Part shown: positions 26,539 through 38,496 of the stretch, in pieces
Position numbering within the stretch: the stretch's first letter is position 1
Layout of the letters: each line of letters starts with the position of its first letter
Assembly: GCA_028023455.1 (NCBI GenBank)
Contig: JAQFVV010000003.1
Location: 1,674,001 to 1,738,000 of the forward strand
Direction: 5' to 3'
From: Epiperipatus broadwayi
Lineage: Eukaryota; Animalia; Onychophora
DNA: 64,000 nucleotides
Notes under the pieces: model-generated
What the model saw: only the letters and a program-made list of their open reading frames with translations
The model's database searches: none
Told to the model about the DNA's origin: nothing
Made by a program: the position numbers and the translations under genes

Positions 26539-27649
26539 ATATACTAACCTGTTTGGTGTACTATTATTAACAGTTGAATATGTTTGGAATATTTAAATAA
26601 AGTTACATTTTTCTAAAGACATTCAATACACATATTAGATGATGGAAAGAGACCAATATAAAAATACAACTAGAACTACAAACCTTCAGGAAAATTGCTT
26701 ATAAATATTTATATAATTTTATTATTGAAATATATTAATTAATTAGATATGAATTATTGATGAAATATCATTATGCTAATAAAATATTATATGTATTAAA
26801 AATTTCTAAACTATCATGTTATTATGTATATTTTTGAGGCAATGGAAATAAGTTTGCTGTTAATTGAAAACAGATGACATCTTAAAGAAACTGAGCAGGA
26901 TAAAATCCTAATGTGCACTCCATACATTATTGTCATTGCAGCTGTTATAACTATTATTCTTATGATGAATAACATGGATGGATTGTTTACTAACATGCAT
27001 TAGACAGCATAGTGAATTTAGTAGCATTTTCCCTCTGAGTTTAAGACTATTAAATATCATAACTTTTTTTTTTAATTATTTGATAGTTTTTAACTGTAAC
27101 ATCCAGTTGAGTTTTTTTAAGGTAGGCTGAAATGTATATGTGGTAATAATCAATTATAGATATTTTCGTTTGTGATAGACAAAATTAAATTATGGCTTTT
27201 ATTTTTACACAACTGTAAATCATCATCTAAAAAAGTAGTTGGCAATAAAAGCCAGAGGATGCTAAAGATCATTGATTGCAGACTCTGATTGCCATTTGAC
27301 ATAACTTTAGCTTTAGCTACTTACAATTGCAAAGCAACTTTAAATAAAAAGAACTAAATCCAAATAGTGATTTAATTATTTTTAACCAGAGAGTAAAGAA
27401 AAAATATATAATTAACGGACAGTGATACTCAGAACTGAGAATGGCCATTCTAAGTCCAAAAAGAAAATAAAGAAGAAAAAGAGGGAAAATTTTTCTCTTG
27501 AAATAAGTTAAGCAATGATTATTTAAACTAATTGATGAAACACCAATACATCCATGTATATAACATAGTTGTCCATTTTTATTTACATAATACTATGATG
27601 TTTTATTTTTATTTTTTTCTACTTCAATATCAGGTCTGATTACTGCTCT

Positions 27650-27875
27650 TTATTGCATTCTACTAGAAGAGATGATAATAGATGGACAAGTGAAATCTTA
27701 AACTGGATTCCAAGAGATTATAAAAGACCCAGAAAGAGACCACATGTGAGATGGATGGATGAAATAAGAAAATGTGCAGGAGTGATGTGGAGAAGAAAAT
27801 CTAAGGATCAGAGAAGATGGATTGAACTTGGAGAGATCTTCATCTTGCAATGGATTGAGAATGGTTGATGATGAC
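27650..27875 (+). mobile_element. RTE LINE 3'-terminal fragment
   Basis: RRDDNRWTSEILNWIPRDYKRPRKRPHVRWMDEIRKCAGVMWRR...LGEIFILQWIENG* followed by (GAT)n; same family as 23650-23890. Confidence 0.85.
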
Positions 27876-27889
27876 TCTCTGCCCTATCT

Positions 27890-30800
27890 TTTCAGAGGAA
27901 ACAGTTAACATTGCATTTCTACAGAGTGTCTTTGAGATAATTCTTATAATGTAGATGGTATTTATCTCTCCCATTAAAACAATGCTAAAGTTTACCATAA
28001 AACACATTTAAAAAAGTTCTGCACTGTTTCTTCATTTTAAATATACAGTTTAAAGAAGGTTTGATTTCACAGTAATGGATACAATAGTATTGCGTCTGGC
28101 AAGTCAAAGATCATACTGATTGTCTTTATGATTTTGCCATTGTATTTTTAAAATTTTATAAAGCATCTCTTAAATGAAACCTTTCTAATTCCTTTATATT
28201 TGCTGAATGGTAAAATAACACTTTTTATATACTGCTAAGTTAGTTGCATCAATTAGTTCCCTGTAATAAAAAATCTTTCTTTTAACTTTCTAAAATCAAT
28301 AACATAACATTGAACTTTGGATTATACCTCATCATCTAATTCACCATTCTACTTATAAAACTACCAGGGTATTTAAACTGGTTTACATTCTCAGGTTGTA
28401 ACCATCCAAGCACAAAGTTGCTGAGAGTTTTCTTCCAACACTGCTTGATAAAAATTGTGTTTTTAAACATTAATTAATAAAACACACTTTATATATTGCA
28501 TTTAAAATATCAAGAATTTTATGTAAATTGTCTTTTGAACTGGCAAAAATGGCACAATTATAAGCATACTGTAATTGCAAAATTCAGAAGTTTTTGTTTT
28601 TACTTATAAGTGATTCAAATAAAAAATTCCACCAGCAAATTTGTATTGTAATTTGATCTCTGATCAATTAAGCCTCTTATAAATATTCCAAAGACAAAAA
28701 ATTGAAAGCAGTGTTTTGAAGCAAGTATACATCTTTGATTAACATCAGTTTTCATTTTAAATGTATCAGATTTTTCATCTATAGTAATAACACCTTCTCA
28801 TTACATAATGGAAAAGCATCATAATAGAAATACTTATTAGTGGACACCAATAAATTTCAAAACAATCCAACTAATTGAAGCAATGTATAATTTATTTCTT
28901 TTGTTCCTGACACTTTTTTGCATTTGCTTGGTAATAAGAATTATGTGCATGGTGCTTCTGGATTCTCTAAAACCACATAGAATTTATGGCCACCATTTTT
29001 TTTTGACTGAAAGAAATCTATTCAACTAAATTCTTAAAAGTATTTTTCCTGTAGTTACACAATAATTATTGCAATCTTGTTTGGTCCCTTTGTTTATAAA
29101 AATTAAAACAATAAAGACATCCTTAATTTTGGGTGGCACAATTTTATGAGTCCACATATTTTTTAAAAAAGTTCAATATTTTTGAAGCTAGCATATCACC
29201 CCCATATATTGAATTTTCTGAAATTTTGTCAAGATTTGCAGGTTTTCCATTTTTAAAATTATAAAGAACTGTTCTTCAATAAGTTGAATATTTTAGTGTA
29301 AATGAGTAAATAAAATGAATATATCATTAAAAGTTGTAACCTCAATTTTATAAGGAAAATCAAAGTACTCCTTTCACTTGTTCAAAATATCACTGACATC
29401 ATATGAGGAAGTGCCATTGCTCAATTTTCTAAGATTGTATGCCACTTTCAAAGATTTAAAATGACCACAGTCACTTAATGTCTGCATCTTCTTTGCAGTT
29501 TTAATCCATAAACCTTTTTTAAGACTTAGTGTTTGTCATTAAACTTTTGCATTTAAATTTTTATATTATTAAGAACTTTTATTTTTAATCCATTATTCTG
29601 TCAACCAAAAAATGTCACTTTTTTTTAACAAGTAACTATTAATACAATTATTATCAGAATATCAATCTTGATTCTTCTTCTTAGTGAAACCAAAAATAAA
29701 TTTATTTGTATCCATAACACTTTAATATAATTCCAAGCTTCAATAATATGACAGTGTTAAAGATCCAAATTAGTATATGCACAATGTTTTGAGAAGTATT
29801 ATTTTCCCTTCTTCTTCAGATGTTGCTGGCCTGACCAGTGGCAGTACTAGCATGGGATTTAAACCTGGATTCTTAGATTTTTGAGTATTGAAATTTTAAG
29901 ATAAAGTTGTAACTAACTGAGCTATCATGCAAAAAGCAAGTGTCCAGGTTCGAATAATATGTTAGTACTGTCACTGATCAGTCCAGCAACACTTGAAGAT
30001 GAGGAGAGAATAATACCTCTCAAAATGTTGTGCATTTATTAACCTGTTTGATATGCTATTATTAACAGTTGAATGTATTTGGAATATTTAAATAAAGTTA
30101 AATATTTCTAAAGACATTCAATACACATATTAGATGATGGAAATAGTCCAATATAAAAATACAACTAGAATACCATCATCACAAACCTTCAGGAAAATAT
30201 TTGCATGATATTAACTTCTCTTGCTTTCTGCCTCTTAATCATAATATAGATCTATTAAATGCCATTGTTTTGAGCAAGGATGCATCCATGTTTCTTTATC
30301 ATGGTTTTTCTGACTAAAGAAAATATTTGTGATAATCAATTTATGTATAGTGTAAAAATTCAAATCTCAACAAACCATTTGATTGTACATCACCAATATT
30401 ATTGAGTTCTATAACTTTTATCCAAAGTCTACTATTTGTAGTAGCACAAGCTTTAAAGGCTCTAAAAAGAAAAAAAATATTATTTTAATGGTATTACAGT
30501 AATAATGTTATCCAACAGGGAATAAACATTTTCCTTCTCTGAATTCTCTGAATCTAACATTGAAGCATAAGAACTAAAATGATCACTAGTATTATTGTGC
30601 ACATTGAGTTTTAATTGATACAATAAGAAATTCTAACAATAGAGATATGACTTTATCCTTTACAGCAATCTAACATCATGCATTCCTATTTCACTGATTG
30701 CCCTGGCTTTCCAAAAAAACTTGGATAAGTACATCTGTTCTACTAAACATTTTTTTTTCTGGGAAAAGAATTTTATTAAAAGTACCTACATTGATCTTAA

Positions 30801-30900
30801 ATTTTGAGAAATTTCTATCACTAATGCAATGCTATGTTCTAGTTTTGAAGAATTTATATCAATAAAATTTGCACATTTAATATATCTATATTTAGAAAAA
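27890..30900 (-). mobile_element. Decayed RTE-type LINE (APE about 30300-30900, RT about 27900-29700) interrupted by a PLE fold-back
   Basis: Minus-strand fragments resembling QCGFR..RST, LQYA(DD)CA, F.YLGS.IS...LDDEV and the APE pattern SAYAP.LDSE.EKE.F. Confidence 0.65.
29770..30192. mobile_element. Asymmetric fold-back copy of the tRNA-like/hammerhead PLE module
   Basis: Minus arm 29770-29940; plus arm 29944-30192 starts at the T-arm CCAGGTTCGAAT and ends ACAAACCTTCAG as at 26690. Hammerhead motifs at about 29778-29824 (-) and 29988-30033 (+). Confidence 0.85.
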
Positions 30901-33621
30901 AATTAGAATTATAATATTATCTTTAGTAATACTACTGCTGCCTGCTTTACCACTATTCCTGATATTATTAATTATTATTTCTACCACTGTATGAGTAATC
31001 CAACAGGCATGATAGTCTAACCAGATTGTGTGAGACAGACCACTTTTAGATCACATTGTCTCTGCTCTTTCATTTCTATGGTGGAAGGGGGATTTTCTTT
31101 TCCAGCTAAAACTCCTGTCTCACTAAAATTTAATTCCAAACAATAATTGCATTGGTTCAAGCAGGGTTTCTAGTCTACTAAACCTGTCTGCATCATTGCT
31201 TTCTTAAATCTTGAGAGCTTGAGCTAAAAAAATATTGAAGTCAGAATGCTAAGAATGTAGTTAAAAGATGAAAATATTGTTGCAAAAGCTATCCCATTGT
31301 CGCAATAAAGAGATGTCCAATATCTTAAACAGCTCTTGATTTCTAGACCTTATAATAACTTGACTGAAGAAGGAAAATATAGACTGAAAAATATGTTTAT
31401 ATCAGAAATAGTATCTAGCCTTTGATGAACTAATATCTTATTTCATAACCCAACAGAAGCTAACTTGATCAATCATTCTTTATTTGTTATTTAAGTTAGC
31501 CTTCACATCTAAAAATCATTCCATCATTATGACATTTGTGGAATACATTGAAAGCCTGAACACTGCACCTTACTTACAGTCATTAATCTAATTAGTAATA
31601 TATTCTCTGTTACCACATTTTTATGTATGGAGACTGCATAGACCTTTGGCCCAAAGGGAGGTTTTTATATATCAAATACATAAAATTTGTATTAAATACT
31701 GAAAAGTGATACTAACACTATAATATGTATAGTAACTTAATTTAATTATTAAACTTTAACTACCATATAATAATGTTTTATTTTACAAATAATATTGCAT
31801 ATTACATCATTTGTCATTGGCTTTTACATAATTTGTATATACTTACATAATTTATTTTTTAATCATCAAATTATCCACATATTCACATATATTTTTTTAA
31901 ATCACTATAATTGTGCAAAGTAAAAGAAACATGATTAAAATAAAAATATTTATTATAGTTTACTGCAAGCTCTGTAACAAAGGCTTTGCTTATTTATTGA
32001 CATTATGGTGTAGCTTTGTAATTTAATGTGTACTGAAATTCACTTGATTAATTGCTAAGAAAAAGATGGCATTTTTAACCACAGTGGATGCAGTCAGTAT
32101 AAGTACATAATACCACTTAATTTTCAAATGTCTTGATTTTATATTACTTTTTTAACTGAACAGGTGTTCCCTTTTAATATCTTCCTATAGTTGTCCGTAT
32201 TTTGCAAAAAACAAAAAAAAATAGTTTAAATTTAGCTCACAGTAGTTTTAATTTTATATCCCCTATTTTTATTTTAGCAGAATCTCACACCACAAGTAAT
32301 TTAGATTGTAACTAATGACAACAATAATATGTAACAAATTTATTCCATTATACTCATTGATTATAAGAAAGCAATTAACTGATTAGTTGTTAACTGAATC
32401 TAATTAAACAAAAGTAATTTTATTTTATTTTATGGCTATATTTTTTAAATTTTTTTATATAAATAATTTAATATTAAAAAAATCAAATTTGAAATATATG
32501 TAAAACAAATATATTATAAGCAATATTATATACTGATTGTAATTGGATTCTAACCAAACTATATTGCAGCTCTTGTGGGTAAAATTGATGAATGTAAAAT
32601 TATAAAAAAATATGATATCTCATTTACCTGCTATGTGTAGGATTTAGATTGGAATTCAAGTTCCAATCAGAACTTAAAAGACATTTTTTTATAATTGGAT
32701 ATGTTCCTATTATTAGGTAAAGTAGAAAGTCTTATAAATGATTATTGGGGGAGGGGAAGATTGTTTAAAAAAGAGAATTGTAGATAAATGATTCAGTGGG
32801 TATTAAAAAAGTAGATAAAGAAATCTTAATGTTGTCTCATTCACATGAACAAATTGAGTTATTTTAAAAACTTTAGTCAATTGAAAATGAATCTGGAAAT
32901 TATTAGTTCTTGAGACTATGACTTTACCACTGAGTTAAATCATACAGGGTAACATCTTGACATAGAATAAATATCCATCTTTTTCATTAAAGGATTTTTT
33001 TTTCAAATTATAGTGTATTGTAAATACATGGATAATATATTCTACAAAATTAACATAATAAAAGTCGTCAGTTGAAAATTCCATTTATTCTCTTTACTGA
33101 TATCATCCACATAAATCAATTAAGAAATAATTTCTTATACATTCATGATAAATTCTCTTTGTATGTTACCATAAATTTAATCTTTATCAATTTAGTAACA
33201 AAAATATTAACACTGATAAAAATATACTCCATCAAAAAATAAAATAGACATTATGTAAAATGTGAAAGCTCTTCACTTAGTGAAATTTTGACAATACTAA
33301 TAAACATAGCCAGTTAATTTAAATGTCATATGACAAGCATTCAAATAATAGGTTGAACATTTCAATTAATAATAATCAAATACTTAATAGCTTGAAAGGT
33401 TGTGCAATATTTGAACATTAAAATGTTAGTTTGAACTCTGATTGCTCTTGACTCTATTACTCAGAGTGACAGTTTCATTCAGTTAATCATTGTTTTTTTT
33501 TGTTAGAAATAAATATATGACTCTTTAGCTTTTGAGTCATCAGTTTACCATGGTATTAATTCAATATGAGGTTTAAAAAAGCAATGAAACTGCAACAAAG
33601 CATCAAAAAGACTTCATTTAG

Positions 33622-33706
33622 TAGCATTGGCCAGGATGCGAACCTGCAACCCGGGCAACTGCCTGCAAGTGCAAGGCAGTCACACTGACCTCTCAACCAC
33701 CAATGC
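33622..33706 (-). mobile_element. tRNA-Gly-derived SINE copy
   Basis: Reverse complement GCATTGGTGGTTGAGAGGTCAG...CTGCCTTGCA...GGTTCGCATCCTGGCCAATGCTA. Confidence 0.8.
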
Positions 33707-34271
33707 AAGACATCATCATTTAGTTAGTTATCTCATATCTTAGTTTCAATTGTACATAAAATATCAAGATAAAAATCAATAAATATCAATTAAAGTTTTG
33801 TAAAAAAAAAAAAAAAATTGCAATTTATTGAAACATGCCATGTTTTCTCATCAGATTTTTGGTATGCCTAAAAACTAAAATCATAGTTATATTTTAAATT
33901 ATTTGAACAATATATGTTTTGTCCTGTATTATTGGATGCCAGTAAAAGTTATGGTAGATTCTGGAGTTCAAGATCTGTAGATCCAATAACTATACCTTAG
34001 GTGCTTGAGCAATAAACCATTCAAATTATTTTTCTATATTTTATTTTTGTAAATATCTTCTATATAACTTGTTTTTAAATAAATAAATCATAAACTATTA
34101 TTTATTCATTTTCCTACATGCTCTGCTGCACTACTTTCCCTTTAGATATATTACATTAATTATCAGCAAATATAAATTTATAATCCTTACACATAACAAA
34201 TATTCAAATAGTGCATATAACTGTTACTAATAAATAGATTTCAGGCAACAATGATTATATATATATATATA

Positions 34272-36440
34272 TTATAATGGTATACATATGCCATTACATT
34301 ATTTTAAAATTAAAATAAAAATGATCGTAAATAAAAATTGATTTTATTAAAAACTAAAAGCCAAAATTAAAAGAGTTGTGTTTAACGTATATAGATAGCA
34401 CAGATGGAAACCTTTAAAACTATTTTAAGAAAAAAGTATTTGAAAGTTTTTTTTTGTAAAAAAAGTAAAGATATAAAGATTGATATTTTTGAAAATAGAA
34501 ATAAATGTTGATTTCTATCATGTTTAATCTTAGTGAATGGAAGTGATTGTTTTATTACTTAAATGATTATTTTAAAGCAAACTAGTCCTTGGGGCACTTA
34601 AATAATTAAAAAGTCAGATAAGAGAATAAAAAAATTACATTTCACCAATGCAAGCACAAAGCCACAGCACAGACTGTAAATGGAACATTGGAATAAATGA
34701 CATCATGCTAGATCGATCCCTTGGATTTCTGATAAGAGGACTATAAAATTATAAAAGGCAAAATACTTGCTGTTGCAGGATTCGGGCTATTAAGCTATAT
34801 ATGAATGGTGGCTGTATTGCAGACTTCACAATGTAGGAGTCTTGTAATAGATTTAATTTCATATGCATCCACCAGCAGCCTCCTGATGACAGTCCCTGAT
34901 CAAATGAATGGCTTGTAGTGGTTATGTCTCCAAAGAATTATTAGCAAACAATAGGATCAGCAAGAACTTCCATAAACTGAATGAAATCTGGAGGAGTCAT
35001 CAAAATCAAAGGGGAAGTATAAACTTTACCAATTGAACTTTTTTTAAAACAAATATACCCTCAATAAGTAGTCAATCCATAAAAAAAGTAATATAAGTAA
35101 ATGGAAGCTTATCTGACCAAGAATAGAACTCTAAATCAATTATTAATATTTATTTTTATATAAGTTGCTATCTCAATCATTTCCATTTTTTGTTTATTTA
35201 TTTATTTTTGTATTTAACTAGGCCATTTATTGTTATCTGTTAACTAAACTGTATTAAATTTAAGTTGGGTGTAGATAGCTGCATAGATTCATTAAGGTTT
35301 ATATTAGTTATTTTTTAAGATTTTTTTATACATGAAAAAAAATTAGATATATCGGTAAATATGACACCTCATGCTTAGTGTCCAAACATATTTATTATAT
35401 ATCTTTTAAGTTATTGTTGTCAATGTGGCACCTTATGATGAGTGCCATTAGGTTTATTTTATTGTAAGTTTCCCTCAGCAATTTTCAAGTAATTTTATAT
35501 TTTAATCATTTATGTTTACTTTGAAGGGGTTTAATTTCAGGCTATTTGTTTCATAGTTAGGTCGATGCTGGTGAAGGGATATATGGGTGTTTATATCAAT
35601 GTAATGTGAAGCATTTAGCATACAGGGCAAAGCCCAATTGAATGCATGACCAAAAGATATAGTCATTGTGTTGCAATGGATACAGACATATTTCCTGTGA
35701 CATTGACCCCTTTTAGATCTATGGTTAGGAACTATAAGTTAGCAGATAGACTGCTCTCCCCCATAAGTAGCATTTCTCTTAAATATTATATGCATGATTC
35801 CTTCACCAGACAGACACACATTCCTGTACTGGATGAGGATCATATCCTTCAAATAATATCATGCTGCAGACACACATTCCTGACAGCATTGTTTTATGCA
35901 AGCATCTTCATATTGCATTGGTTGCATCTGTATATCAGGAAGCAAACATTGGTTTGGCTATGAACTTTTAGTCTGAGGTTGAACTTTTATTTATTTTTTT
36001 TGAAAAGTTTTTAAATGAGTAATCTATGTAGCTTATCTGTGCTCAACATTATAATTTTTTTTTATAAACTGTTCATCTGTGTGGGCTTACTCCAAATAAT
36101 TTAAATTTAAAATCAATATTAAAATCAAGATAAATTTATTCCTCAATTTTAAATAATACATATATGTATGTCAATAAATGTTCTTTTGTATATTATTACT
36201 GGTAGTAGCTTATTTTATTTTTTTAATATTGAAAATATATGTTTAAAAAGTATTTATTTTAAATCTCTGCATTTCCTTAAGCTAGTGGCAAAAGCTAATG
36301 ATCATATATAATTATAATAAAACAAAATTGGGATCTTAGCAGTATGAAACTGCCTACTATATAAATTTTCCAGGTTCAAATGGCCTGGTGGCACCCTGTA
36401 CAGCAGATACGGTAAGACTGATTTTTCCTGACTGTTATAA
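34272..36440. mobile_element. About 2.2-kb non-coding TG...CA-type element in (TA)n (solo-LTR-like), unit 1
   Basis: Flanked by TA tracts, ends TATAATG...GTTATA, and is colinear with the diverged unit 36453-38496 at many blocks. Confidence 0.6.
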
Positions 36441-36452
36441 TATATATATATA

Positions 36453-38496
36453 TTGTAACGATATATAAATATGTCGTTACATTAATTTAAAATAAAAACT
36501 TAAAAGTTCGCAAATAAAAGCAAAAAACTAAATGCTAAAATTAAAATGTTTGTTAAACGTATATACATTCACACAGATGCCAAACTTTAAAAATATTTAA
36601 AAAAAAAAAAAATAAATAAATAAGTATTTGAACGTACTTTTTTATAAAAAAAGTACAAGATTTAAAAATAAAAACAGGTATTAATTAATTCTTGTAATCT
36701 GTAAATGGAAATGATTGTTTATAAATTGTTTGAAAAGCAAGCTAGCCTTGGGCTCTTGTATAATTAAAATGATCTGATGAAAGATAGATAAGAAAATAAA
36801 GAGGAATTAGCTTGACCAATGGAAGCACCAAGCCTTGGCTTGGACCCTAATGAAAGTGATGGATTAGTGACATTTTGTTGATTGAATCCATGTGGATAAT
36901 ATAAAAAGGGAAATACAGTTTTTTCTGACAGTTCCAGCGTTTTGTGTTTGAGAGATGTGGTAGGATGCACATACCACACTCTCTGTATAAAAAAAAATGA
37001 AAAGACTGTGATACCTTGAACCAGCTATTGCCATCTCCAGAACATTATCTTCCAATGGAGGCATCATGGGAATTAAAAGCAGAAACCTGGACTCTTCTAC
37101 TGTGAGCTATGAACTTTACAAATTAACAACAACAAAAAAAGTAATTAAGAACTTTCGTCATTGTTTTTTTTAAAGATTCAGCTAATTTAAATTTTAAAAT
37201 GAACTCTTATTTGATTTTCAAATTAATAATTGATTGTTTAAATTTATATAGTTAAGTTTTGCTAAAATCATTTCCATTTTTATTATTTTTATTTGTAATA
37301 ATATTTATTGTAGAAATTATTAAATGCATTACATTTAAGTTGGGTATAGACATTGCATAGATTCATTAGCGGTTGATTATGTTGTGGTTTTTCACAGTTG
37401 ATTAGAACATATAAGTCAACAATGTCACTGTGGTGTCTTATGATGAACACCAAAGGGTCTCCTGTATTCCCTCAGCAATTGACGTTATCGATTGACTTTG
37501 TATTTTGATCAGTTGTGTTTAATTTGGAATGTTTTTGACCGTGGAATCTGTGTAGCCGATCTATACTCGACATTATAAAACAAATTGTATAAAAATAATC
37601 TGTGCGAACATATTTAAATGTTAAATTTAAGTCGGGCGTGAATGGCTATATAGTTTTGTAAAGTTATATTAAGGGAGGGTAATCTTAGGTTGTTGATTTC
37701 ATAGTTGAATTGGTTCAATGGATTGGATATATTTGTGTAATTGTAGATGTAGTATGAGATCCGCTACAGGCAGGATTATATATATACGCCACACACCTTC
37801 TGTTTGCCTATGGATGGGTTTGTAAGACGGCAAAGGACCGCAGTCCATTCCTATGGAGTTTTATGTTTATTGTTCTACTCGCCAACAGATGTAACATTCC
37901 TGTTGGTGGAGAGTCAATGTCTTCTCTAATTCTACTTACTGATCAGATGTACATTCCTGACAGTATAGTATTTTGTGTTGTCGTATTTTCATGCTACATT
38001 GAATACATAAATGTATCAGATGGATTGGCGCCGGTTTGATTGCGAAATTTGTTGCCTAAGGTTAAATCAGGGAAGAATATTTTCTTTTCAAATGCAGATC
38101 TATGTAGTCTATTCATACTCGATTACCTAAATAAATATTAAACTCATGGTTGTAATTTACTTAAATGTAAAACTAAAGATTAATAGAAAAATCTAAAATG
38201 GTGAATTTATTCCTCAAAATTTAAATGTTATTTTATATGTGCGTAAATAAATATTTTTAGGTGTTAATTTCTGGCAGTGGCTTTTATTCTTTTATATTTA
38301 AGATATAAAATTTATATTTTATTATCTCTGCATCTCCACTGAGCTAGTGACGTGGACTAACGATCTGAATATTTAAATAAAGTGGAATCTTAACAGCACG
38401 TATCTGCCTACTCTATAAATTTTTCTAGGTTTAAATGCCTAGATGGTGCCCCATAGAGCAGATATCATAGTTTGCTGTTAGATTCGATCATTATAA
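36453..38496. mobile_element. About 2.0-kb non-coding TG...CA-type element in (TA)n (solo-LTR-like), unit 2
   Basis: Starts ATAT|TGTAACG and ends TTATA|ATAT. CCAAT and TATA-like motifs at about 36815-36910. Homologous to unit 1. Confidence 0.6.

Larger units (their letters stand above)
25700..26690. mobile_element. Fold-back Penelope-like element: two inverted arms, each GIY-YIG C-terminus + tRNA-like unit + hammerhead + tail
   Basis: Arms of about 460-510 bp centred near 26168. ORF 25982-26179 reads KILDREERVQKRKFKEAAHI...W..LI (PLE GIY-YIG tail). Possible degenerate TSD at 25684-25699 / 26691-26706 (13/16). Confidence 0.85.

Noticed and set aside
32880-32950. Faint minus-strand tRNA-like A box (TAACTCAGTGGTAAAG)
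   Set aside because: The B box and tail are too degraded to support a SINE call.
34880-34910. CTGATGA hammerhead-like starts here and on minus at about 33536 and 46932
   Set aside because: None has a correctly placed stem II-GAAA-stem III-UH arrangement.
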